In this document: one piece after another, positions 46,020 to 53,710 of the stretch
Numbering within the stretch: the first letter of the stretch is position 1
Layout of the letters: each line of letters starts with the position of its first letter
From: a candidate division WOR-3 bacterium
Lineage (GTDB): Bacteria; Hydrothermota; Tepidihabitantia; Tepidihabitantales; Tepidihabitantaceae
Direction of reading: 5' to 3'
NCBI GenBank assembly: GCA_965649225.1
Contig: CBFGJX010000002.1
Location: 32,001-96,000 of the forward strand
Length of the DNA: 64,000 nt
Notes under the pieces: generated by a model
Databases searched by the model: none
The model's input: only the letters and a program-made list of their open reading frames with translations
What the model was told of the DNA's origin: nothing
Made by a program: the position numbers and the translations under genes

Positions 46020-47021
46020 TCAATGCGCAGCCGGATAGTGCAACCGTCCGGCCTGCTTGCGTTCGCTCAGCACCCGTAACATGTCTTTGGTCATTGCTGC
46101 CAGGTCGTACTCAGGCCGCCAGCCCCATTCCTCGCGGGCAGCGGTGTCATCAAGCGATTGTGGCCACGAATCGGCAATCGCCTGACGGAAATCGGGTTCG
46201 TAGGTACAGACAAAATCAGGCAGGTGCTTGCGGATCTCGGCCGCCAGCTCGCCGGCCGAGAAGCTCATCGCGCCGACATTGAAATCACAATGGTGCTTCA
46301 ACCTGCCGAAGTCGGCCTCAGCCAGGTCAATTGTCGCCTTGATGCAGTCCGGCATATACATCATCGGCAGGCGGGTGTCCTCGCGCACAAAACACTTGTA
46401 CCGACCGAACAGCACCGCCTCGAAGTAAATGGCAACGGCAAAGTCAGTTGTACCGCCACCGGGCAGCGTCTCGTAGGAGATGATGCCGGGATAGCGCAGC
46501 CCGCGGACATCAAGGCCAAACCGGCGAACATAGTAATCACCGAGCAGCTCCCCGGCGACTTTGCTGACCCCGTACATGGTCCGAGGTTTCAGAATCGTGT
46601 CGTTGGGAGTGTTCACCCGCGGGGTTTCGGGACCAAAAACCGCGATCGAGCTGGGCACTATCACCCGCGCCATTTCATGCTCACGGGCAATCTCCAGTAT
46701 GTTGTACAGGCCGTTGACATTGACGTCCCAGCACAGGGCCGGATTCTTCTCGCCGACGGCGGAAAGTATCGCGGCCATGTGGTAAATCGTGTCAATATTG
46801 TGCCGCCGCACAACTTCCTCAACCGACGCGCGGTCGTTGACATTGATGAAATAAAACGGGCCGGAGTTCTTCAGTTCTTCGCTGGGCTGCGTCTTGCGAC
46901 CGGTCGCAACCACGTTGTCGGCGCCGTAACGCTTGCGCAGGGCCATGGTCAGTTCCGAACCGATCTGTCCGACCGAACCGGTGACGAGGATCTTCTTCAT
47001 CTCTTTCTTGTACGCCATCAT
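46020..47021 (-). CDS. SDR-type L-threonine 3-dehydrogenase (NAD-dependent epimerase family)
   Basis: TGSVGQIGSEL, LSAVGE, SSIAVFG, YGVSK, PGGGTTD, RQAIADSWP. Confidence 0.88.
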   Translation of the reverse strand: MMAYKKEMKKILVTGSVGQIGSELTMALRKRYGADNVVATGRKTQPSEELKNSGPFYFINVNDRASVEEVVRRHNIDTIYHMAAILSAVGEKNPALCWDVNVNGLYNILEIAREHEMARVIVPSSIAVFGPETPRVNTPNDTILKPRTMYGVSKVAGELLGDYYVRRFGLDVRGLRYPGIISYETLPGGGTTDFAVAIYFEAVLFGRYKCFVREDTRLPMMYMPDCIKATIDLAEADFGRLKHHCDFNVGAMSFSAGELAAEIRKHLPDFVCTYEPDFRQAIADSWPQSLDDTAAREEWGWRPEYDLAAMTKDMLRVLSERKQAGRLHYPAAH

Positions 47022-47054
47022 TCAGCTCCTTATGCCTGCAACTTGCAGAATGGT

Positions 47055-47082
47055 AGTCTAACGGCGTGTCCCGACAAGTCAA
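47055..47082 (-). promoter_or_regulatory. sigma70-like promoter of threonine dehydrogenase operon
   Basis: TTGACT-N16-TAGACT. Confidence 0.65.
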
Positions 47083-47105
47083 AGAGAAAATAGCAACTGC
47101 CAAGC

Positions 47106-47133
47106 TGGACAGCTTTTGACTCAGAGTTATACT
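47106..47133 (+). promoter_or_regulatory. sigma70-like promoter of tRNA cluster
   Basis: TGGACA-N16-TATACT. Confidence 0.6.
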
Positions 47134-47143
47134 GTCGCCGTAC

Positions 47144-47218
47144 GGTGAGTGTAGCTCAATTGGTTAGAGTACCTGACTGTGGCTCAGGATGTTGGGGGTT
47201 CAAGTCCCCTCACTCACC
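47144..47218 (+). tRNA. tRNA-His(GTG)
   Basis: Encoded G-1 and C73; CCTGA-CTGTGGC-TCAGG; no CCA. Confidence 0.95.
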
Positions 47219-47220
47219 CT

Positions 47221-47260
47221 GGCGGCCGGCAAGCCCGCAGCGTCGGGCTTGCCAACCGCC
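47221..47260 (+). other. Spacer hairpin between tRNA-His and tRNA-Arg
   Basis: GGCGG-cc-GGCAAGCCCG cagcgt CGGGCTTGCC-aa-CCGCC. Confidence 0.6.
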
Positions 47261-47289
47261 TGGCGCCGAGTACACTGCCCGCGGCAGTT

Positions 47290-47363
47290 GCGCCCGTAGC
47301 TCAACTGGACAGAGCGTCGGGCTTCGAACCCGCAGGCTGCGCGTTCGAGTCGCGCCGGGCGCA
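47290..47363 (+). tRNA. tRNA-Arg(TCG)
   Basis: GCGCCCG/CGGGCGC; TCGGG-CTTCGAA-CCCGC; no CCA. Confidence 0.92.
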
Positions 47364-47420
47364 GTTTTTCGAAAATTGGAATTTCCGCCGGCGGGTAAGA
47401 CCAGCCGGCGCGGATTCAAT

Positions 47421-47494
47421 GCCCCGCTAGCTCAACTTGGCAGAGCAACGGATTCTTAATCCGTGGGTTGCAGGTTCAATTCCTGCGCGGGGTA
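47421..47494 (+). tRNA. tRNA-Lys(CTT)
   Basis: GCCCCGC/GCGGGGT; ACGGA-TTCTTAA-TCCGT; no CCA. Confidence 0.93.
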
Positions 47495-47599
47495 TTCTGT
47501 TTATGGGCTCGCGAAAACCGTGACCGGTACGCAGACAGCCGTTGTCGCCCGGACCCGACATCAGTGCATCTGCTTGCCGGCAGTCTCCTGGGGATATAA

Positions 47600-50449
47600 A
47601 TGACTACCGTCATACTGCTTGTTTCTCTGCTGACCGGCGTTGACGCCGGACCCGGTGCTGCGAATCTGACCGCGGCAAGGCGTTACTGGGTATTCTTCAC
47701 CGACAAGGCGGTCCGCTCCAGCCAGCAGTATCAGGCAGCCCTGGACGCTGCGGCGCTCCTGGCCAGCCCGGCATCAGTTCAACGCCGCGCTGCCGCCCCG
47801 GTTCGCGGGTTTGACTACGACGACCTGCCGGTCAGCGAGCAATACCTGCGGGCGATCGAGCAACTCGGTGGCAGACTGCACATGGTTTCTCGCTGGCTCA
47901 ATGCCGCGAGTTTCACGCTCTCCCCCACAGCGGCCGATGCCGTCAGCCTGCTGCCCTTTGTTCGCAAAGTGACGCCGGTGGCGAAGCGAACGCTGACCAC
48001 AGACGCCTTTCCGATACAGGCTTTTCCGGTCGACGACCGGCACCGGGCAACGGATACTGCCAAGGACCGCCGGTTTTATGGACCCTCTTATGAGCAAGCC
48101 CGGATGATGGGCGTCCCTGAGGTTGCTGCCCGTGGCTACACCGGTTCGGGCGTTCGACTGGCCATGTTTGATTCCGGCCTGCGGCTTTACAACCGTGCAG
48201 TCGCCCGGATTCGGCTCGGCCCCCAGCGCGATTTCCTCTCCGGCGACAATTACTATCAGGCACAGTCCGTCCGGAGCTGGGCTGCGACGCCGATCGACCA
48301 GCTGCGCTATCTGGGACTGGTCGCCGCTCCGTCGCTGGTCGAGGCCGATACCCTGCTGACCGGAGCCAGACCACTGCTGGCGGTGTTCTGCGCCGATTCA
48401 TTCGCCTACGGCTACAACCCGCCGCGCCGCATGCTTTTTGCCACCCACTCAAGCGACCATGGGACAACCTGGAGCACTGCCCGTCCGATTTACGCCTGTC
48501 GCCCGTACGACCAGACGGTAGAGAACACTGCGCTCGCTGTCCGGCGTGCAGTCAGCTATCTGGCGTTCAACGACCTGACCGAGACCTCAGGCCGGGCAAC
48601 AAGCAACCTTTATCTCGGCTGGTTTGTCGGAACCGACTGGGGCGGCGCGCCGCGCTTTCTCGGCGCCGGCCGCTGGCCCAGTCTCGCCATCGCCGGTGAT
48701 ACGCTGTATATCGCATTCGTCCGGTCCGACTCTGCGCTTGGATTTGCCAAATACCTTGTCTCCGACATCAACCCGGTTTTGCTGACGAATGTAACCGTCA
48801 CGCTTGACCAGCGGGTCAGTCAGCCGCAGGTCGCGGTAGGAAGCGACAATTCGATTGACATCGTCTGCGTTGCCGGCGATGCGCTGCGTTACTACCGCTC
48901 CCGCGATGGCGGTGAGACCTTCAGTCTCGTCAGCGAACCGGTTGCTGCTGCCGCTCACCAGCCGCAGCTTCTCCGTTTCGGTGATACCTGTCTGCTCTTC
49001 TGGCGTAACGAAGCCACTCTTCCCTGCGCCCGACTGTCGCTGCTGCGTTCAACCGACGGCGGCCAGTCATGGTTCGGGCCAGTCAGCATCTCCGACACCC
49101 TGCTGCCGGCCGGCGGGTTCTCGGCGGCACTGTCGCCCGACGGCCTTGACGTCGCCTGGCTTTCGGCCGGACGGCTGTATCGCAGCCGCTCAACCAACTT
49201 GGGTGCAGACTGGCAGCCGCCGGCTCTGCTTGACAGCAGCGGCTTTGCTACCTTGCCCAGACTTGTCAGTACCGAGCAGGGTCCGATGACGACCTGGCTT
49301 CAGCGTGGTGACGCCACTGCGGTCTGGGAACCCGCCGACACGCTGCGCTTCTCGCGGGAACAGCCGCATCATGGCACGCGAATGGCATCAATCATCGCCG
49401 GCTACCAGCCCGGTGGTGTTGTGGGAGTCGCTCCCGGTGTTGAACTGCTCGTCGCCCGCACCGAGCTGTTCAAGGTACGTTCCGGCCGCTACTACGAATA
49501 CAACTTGGAGGAAGATACCTACATCGAGGCACTGGAATGGGCTGAGCGCGTCGGGGCCGACATTGTCTCGACATCGCTGGGCTACCGAAGCTGGTACGAC
49601 GACAGCCAGTTTGACGGCCACACCGCCCCGGTCTCGATTGCCGCTGACCGCGCCGCGCGACGCGGCATGCTCATCGTTACTGCGATGGGCAACCGTGATA
49701 CGACAATCTACCCATGGCCGCGTCCCTACATCGTTGCACCGGGCGATGCCGAGAACGTCGTCACAGCCGGCGGGGTCCAGAAATCACTAGTCCCGTGGCG
49801 CGGCACTGGAACCGGCCCGACTGCCGACGGCCGCATCAAACCTGACCTCGTTGCGCTCTCTGATACAGTCGCGGTAGCTTCACCAGACTCGCTCGACTGG
49901 CTTGACGGCTCGGTTGGAACATCCTGCGCCACCGCACTGATTGCCGGTGCTGCCGCGCTGCTGAAAGAGGCACACCCGAACTGGACTGCTGAGTCCATCA
50001 AAGTTGCCCTCTACTCCACTGCGACGCTCAGCGTCAAGAGCTGCACCTTCGGTTTTGGCGTTCCGCGGATCGATTCGGCTTTCAAACGTTACCCGCCGGC
50101 ACCGGACAACCAGCCGATCACGCGCGACGCAATCGCCACAGTTTTTCCTAACCCATTCATCACCGGCGAGCACGACCGCGTCTGGTTTGGACTCAACATC
50201 CGTCAACCCCAGACCGAGGCAGAAATCGCTGTCTACACCGCCTCAGGTTCACTGGTGCGCGTCATCCCGCTGGACGCCGGCCGACTGCCCCGCCCGGGAA
50301 GATACACCAGCCGGGACGAACTCGAGCCGATCGGCGCCTACTGGGATGGCAAAAACTCTGCCGGCCAGCCTTGTGCCGCCGGCCTGTACATGGCAGTGCT
50401 GCGGACAACATTCGGCAACCACACGACCCGCTTCGCCCTTGTCCGCTGA
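47600..50449 (+). CDS. Secreted S8 subtilase with inserted Asp-box propeller and FlgD/T9SS-like C-terminal domain
   Basis: YWVFFTDK...SRWLNA propeptide; FDSG, HGT, AMGN, KPDL, GTSC; FPNP...WDGKN.AG...GLY. Confidence 0.88.
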   Translation: MTTVILLVSLLTGVDAGPGAANLTAARRYWVFFTDKAVRSSQQYQAALDAAALLASPASVQRRAAAPVRGFDYDDLPVSEQYLRAIEQLGGRLHMVSRWLNAASFTLSPTAADAVSLLPFVRKVTPVAKRTLTTDAFPIQAFPVDDRHRATDTAKDRRFYGPSYEQARMMGVPEVAARGYTGSGVRLAMFDSGLRLYNRAVARIRLGPQRDFLSGDNYYQAQSVRSWAATPIDQLRYLGLVAAPSLVEADTLLTGARPLLAVFCADSFAYGYNPPRRMLFATHSSDHGTTWSTARPIYACRPYDQTVENTALAVRRAVSYLAFNDLTETSGRATSNLYLGWFVGTDWGGAPRFLGAGRWPSLAIAGDTLYIAFVRSDSALGFAKYLVSDINPVLLTNVTVTLDQRVSQPQVAVGSDNSIDIVCVAGDALRYYRSRDGGETFSLVSEPVAAAAHQPQLLRFGDTCLLFWRNEATLPCARLSLLRSTDGGQSWFGPVSISDTLLPAGGFSAALSPDGLDVAWLSAGRLYRSRSTNLGADWQPPALLDSSGFATLPRLVSTEQGPMTTWLQRGDATAVWEPADTLRFSREQPHHGTRMASIIAGYQPGGVVGVAPGVELLVARTELFKVRSGRYYEYNLEEDTYIEALEWAERVGADIVSTSLGYRSWYDDSQFDGHTAPVSIAADRAARRGMLIVTAMGNRDTTIYPWPRPYIVAPGDAENVVTAGGVQKSLVPWRGTGTGPTADGRIKPDLVALSDTVAVASPDSLDWLDGSVGTSCATALIAGAAALLKEAHPNWTAESIKVALYSTATLSVKSCTFGFGVPRIDSAFKRYPPAPDNQPITRDAIATVFPNPFITGEHDRVWFGLNIRQPQTEAEIAVYTASGSLVRVIPLDAGRLPRPGRYTSRDELEPIGAYWDGKNSAGQPCAAGLYMAVLRTTFGNHTTRFALVR

Positions 50450-50451
50450 GC

Positions 50452-50480
50452 TTGACTGCCAGCCCGGAAAACAGTAAATT
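50452..50480 (+). promoter_or_regulatory. sigma70-like promoter of tRNA-Asn
   Basis: TTGACT-N17-TAAATT. Confidence 0.55.
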
Positions 50481-50494
50481 GACCTGCAAGGCAT

Positions 50495-50567
50495 TCCAGC
50501 GTAGCTCAATTGGTAGAGCATCCGGCTGTTAACCGGAGGGTCACAGGTTCGAGCCCTGTCGCTGGAG
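50495..50567 (+). tRNA. tRNA-Asn(GTT)
   Basis: TCCAGCG/CGCTGGA; TCCGG-CTGTTAA-CCGGA; no CCA. Confidence 0.95.
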
Positions 50568-50967
50568 CTCAACCCGACAACCCATTGCCGGCGACAACGC
50601 GCTGCGGCCAGTCCTGACCGGCGTCACGGCGACAAACGGCAAAAGACCAGACCGGGCCACTGCGACTTGTGACTCTGCAAACCGTCCAATTTCAATCTGT
50701 TGCCCGGCTGTCAGAGAAACGAAAGGTAATATCCGGCGTTGTCTTGAACCGTTCCGGGACCGCTCTCCCGGTGGCCACTGAAACGACCTCGGGCAGTAGC
50801 GTCCGACACGCAGCGGTCGGACCTTCAGAACCTCCAATCCAAACAGAGCCACAAGTTCAGCCGACCCTGACACATCACGCACTGCGCGGCTAACCTGTTC
50901 TGGGGTCCGAAATCTCTGCTGCTTGCAGGTCGAATACCGCAAAAGGAATGCCACCACTGCGGCAGAA

Positions 50968-51041
50968 CGCGCCTGGAGGGATTCGAACCCCCGGCCGTCG
51001 GATTAGAAATCCGATGCTCTGTCCAACTGAGCTACAGGCGC
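50968..51041 (-). tRNA. tRNA-Arg(TCT)
   Basis: GCGCCTG/CAGGCGC; TCGGA-TTTCTAA-TCCGA; no CCA. Confidence 0.95.
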
Positions 51042-51155
51042 AGCATCGGCATGACCGGCCGGCTTCAGAGGAAACTTCGGACCGTCACGCTCCGACAAAC
51101 TGATGCCGGCCAGGACAGCTTTGCTATTTTTCACCCTTGAAATACCCGCTCTCAA

Positions 51156-51230
51156 TCGGGGAGACAGGATTCGAACCTGCGACCCCCACGTCCCAAGCGT
51201 GGTGCGCTAACCGGGCTGCGCTACTCCCCG
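51156..51230 (-). tRNA. tRNA-Pro(TGG)
   Basis: CGGGGAG/CTCCCCG; CCACG-CTTGGGA-CGTGG; no CCA. Confidence 0.95.
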
Positions 51231-51236
51231 AGCCGG

Positions 51237-51860
51237 TCAGTTTATCTTCTCGGCCGAGTCTGTCAACCGGGCAGTATGCCGGCGCAGGAACGCAGCGAGC
51301 CGCTGAATTGCCTGTGCCCGATGACTGATTCGGGACTTGACCGCGTTGCCAAGCTGGGCGAATGTAAGCGAGTAACCATCCGGGATGAACAGCGGGTCGT
51401 AGCCAAAACCGGCCGAACCCCGGATATGGTGGCTGATTCTGCCAGGACAAACCCCTTCGAAAAAACGTTCAGCCCCGGATGGCTCGACGAGACACACAAC
51501 ACAGCGGAACCTCGCCGTACGCAGCTCATCGGGCACCGCAATCATCCGGGCAAGCAACTGACGGCACCGGTCATGGTCAGTCGCTTCCGGTCCCGCCCAA
51601 CGCGCCGACATTACGCCCGGTTCGCCGCCCAGCGCATCAACTTCAAGCCCGGAATCCTCGCCCAGCGTCCACAGTCCGGTCGCCTGAAAAGCCGCCACTG
51701 CCTTCAGCCGGGCGTTTTCCTCAAAGGTTGCGCCAGTCTCGGCAACCGGTCCGAGAGCAGGATAATCATTCAACGTCACGAGTTGCCAGCCGGTGCCCTC
51801 AAGCAGCGAACGGAGTTCCGCCAGTTTGGCGCGGTTACGCGTAGCCAGCAGCAGTTTCAC
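51237..51860 (-). CDS. rdgB: XTP/dITP diphosphatase (HAM1)
   Basis: ATRN.AK..E, ENA..KA, EDSGL, GFGYDP, SHR. Confidence 0.95.
   Translation of the reverse strand: MKLLLATRNRAKLAELRSLLEGTGWQLVTLNDYPALGPVAETGATFEENARLKAVAAFQATGLWTLGEDSGLEVDALGGEPGVMSARWAGPEATDHDRCRQLLARMIAVPDELRTARFRCVVCLVEPSGAERFFEGVCPGRISHHIRGSAGFGYDPLFIPDGYSLTFAQLGNAVKSRISHRAQAIQRLAAFLRRHTARLTDSAEKIN
51239..51266 (-). promoter_or_regulatory. sigma70-like promoter of tRNA-Pro/Arg, inside the rdgB 3' end
   Basis: TTGACA-N16-TAAACT. Confidence 0.7.
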
Positions 51861-52936
51861 AGGTAGCTCGCAAAGACCGGGCTTTCGGCCAGCCGCGCCA
51901 CAAGCCGCTTCAGCTGATCAAGACTCTCACGACCGGCAACCAGCACCGCATCGCCGGCACGAACGATTACAAGGTCGCTGACGCCCAGCGTCGCCACCAG
52001 CCCGGAGTCGGTGTCAATGATGCAGTTGGAGCTGTTCATTCCGCAGAAGCGGCCGACAGCGACGTTTCCGGATGAATCGGCCGGCACGTGCCGGGCGACT
52101 GCCAGCCAGGAACCGACGTCGTCCCAGTCGAATGTCGCCCGCACCACCGCAACGTTTTCGGCACGCTCCATCACGGCATAGTCGATCGAGATTGACTCGA
52201 CGTGTTCATAGAGCTGACGGCGTAACTTCGACTCGGACCTCGTCCCAATCGAACGGGCGTAGTTCAACAGTCCATCATGCAATTCCGTTGCATGACGGGC
52301 CATTGCCTCGAGGATGGCGTCGGTCCGCCAGACAAACATTCCGCTATTCCAGAGGTACTCGCCCGAGTCAACATAGCGCCCGGCAGTGACGAAATCCGGT
52401 TTCTCACGGAAGCCGTCAACTGCGAACGCGGCCGGCTCACTCTCGCCGTCACCCGAAATCGGCTGGCCCAGCTTGATGTAACCATAGCCGGTGTCGATGC
52501 GCGCCGGCACAATGCCGAACGTAACCAGTAGCCCCTTTGCCGCCAGTTGCACCGCCCGGCGCAGACAGCGCAGAAACTCGGCCCGGTTGACAATCAGATG
52601 GTCGGCTGGCAGCACGACCATTGTCGAGCCGGGCGCACGCTGTGCCAGATGGGCCGCGGCCAGCCCAATCGCCGGCGCCGTGTTGCGTCCGGACGGTTCA
52701 AGCAGCAGATTACCCGGGGCAGGCGAAACCTGACGCCGCACAACCGAAGCAAATTCTTCGGGCGCGACAAACAGCTGCCGCTCTTTCGGGCAGAGGCGTC
52801 GGACGCGCTCGCTGGTGTCTCGGGTGAGCGACCGACGACCGAAAAGCTCGATGAACTGCTTCGGTCGTGCCCGGCGGCTCTTGGGCCAGAACCGCTCGCC
52901 GCGGCCGCCGCAGAGTATCACTGCATAGACTGCCAC
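51857..52936 (-). CDS. manC: Mannose-1-phosphate guanylyltransferase
   Basis: GG.G.RFWP.SR...PKQF, EP.GRNTAPA, GYGYI, WNSGMF, SIDYAVME, WDDVGSW. Confidence 0.92.
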   Translation of the reverse strand: MAVYAVILCGGRGERFWPKSRRARPKQFIELFGRRSLTRDTSERVRRLCPKERQLFVAPEEFASVVRRQVSPAPGNLLLEPSGRNTAPAIGLAAAHLAQRAPGSTMVVLPADHLIVNRAEFLRCLRRAVQLAAKGLLVTFGIVPARIDTGYGYIKLGQPISGDGESEPAAFAVDGFREKPDFVTAGRYVDSGEYLWNSGMFVWRTDAILEAMARHATELHDGLLNYARSIGTRSESKLRRQLYEHVESISIDYAVMERAENVAVVRATFDWDDVGSWLAVARHVPADSSGNVAVGRFCGMNSSNCIIDTDSGLVATLGVSDLVIVRAGDAVLVAGRESLDQLKRLVARLAESPVFASYL

Positions 52937-53601
52937 TACTCCCCTCCTTCGGTGAAATCGTTCAGACTGGCTGTAACCGCAAGGCCGCCAAACCGCGTCC
53001 GGATGACGACCGGCAGTCGCCGGGAGTCGTTGGAAACATAAACCAGACCGAGCGGACCATCGTTTGCCGGATAGATTGGTACACAGTTGAATGTACCGGC
53101 GGCGACCCGGATAAATCTGGGGCTGCCGACCGCGGCCCGAATCCGGTAGTTGCGCTGGTCGACGTGAACATTCGTGCTGATGGTATCACCTGCACGCAGC
53201 CGCTGACCGCGTAACCAGTACCAGACCGTAACCAGGTCGCGTGCCTGCGGCAGCACCGGGACACATTTCCCGCTGGAATAACACATCGAGTCACCGGCGG
53301 GATTCAACCGGGCCCAGACCTCGGCCCGGTAGTTGGGTTCACGCGTTCGCTTGTAGGCAAGCACCGTAACCGTGTCTTGCTCGCGCGAACGGCTTTCGAG
53401 CCGGTAGCCGGCGCTGAAAAGCCAGGCCGGTGTCATCGCGATCTTTATGTCGGCACGGTAATGGCGGCAGACACTGCCGGCCAGCAGACTTGGTTCGAGC
53501 TCGGAAAGCTGCAGCTCGCCGATTCGCATCGGGCCATAGCGCAGCTCATAACTGAGTCGCTCACCCGGCGAGCACAGCAGCAATGCCAGCAGCACGAACA
53601 C
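52936..53601 (-). CDS. DUF3108-like secreted protein
   Basis: Signal peptide; GE.L.Y, I.V.AG.F.C, D.RRLPV. Confidence 0.65.
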   Translation of the reverse strand: MFVLLALLLCSPGERLSYELRYGPMRIGELQLSELEPSLLAGSVCRHYRADIKIAMTPAWLFSAGYRLESRSREQDTVTVLAYKRTREPNYRAEVWARLNPAGDSMCYSSGKCVPVLPQARDLVTVWYWLRGQRLRAGDTISTNVHVDQRNYRIRAAVGSPRFIRVAAGTFNCVPIYPANDGPLGLVYVSNDSRRLPVVIRTRFGGLAVTASLNDFTEGGE

Positions 53602-53607
53602 GGCCAA

Positions 53608-53635
53608 ATCCTAGACGAGGCCACCGGCCAGTCAA
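53608..53635 (-). promoter_or_regulatory. sigma70-like promoter of DUF3108-manC-rdgB
   Basis: TTGACT-N16-TAGGAT; GTG 6 nt downstream. Confidence 0.6.
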
Positions 53636-53674
53636 GCCGGTCGGCCTCACGCCATCGGCCCGCAACGACAACGG

Positions 53675-53702
53675 TTGATTCCGGCCGGGCGTCAGCTAGA
53701 AT
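53675..53702 (+). promoter_or_regulatory. sigma70-like promoter of rmuC
   Basis: TTGATT-N16-TAGAAT; GTG 8 nt downstream. Confidence 0.6.
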
Positions 53703-53710
53703 TCCCGGCT

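Noticed and set aside
3677..47093. Other long antisense or alternate-frame ORFs (3677-4726, 8426-9331, 41377-42339, 46158-47093)
   Set aside because: Overlap well-supported genes and lack recognisable motifs
47145..47459. ORFs over the tRNA cluster (also 50249-50572 and 51124-51450)
   Set aside because: Explained by tRNA cloverleaves and neighbouring genes
24606..53677. ORF-track TTG starts at 24606, 37252 and 53675
   Set aside because: Each is the TTG of a predicted -35 box; family-typical N termini begin downstream
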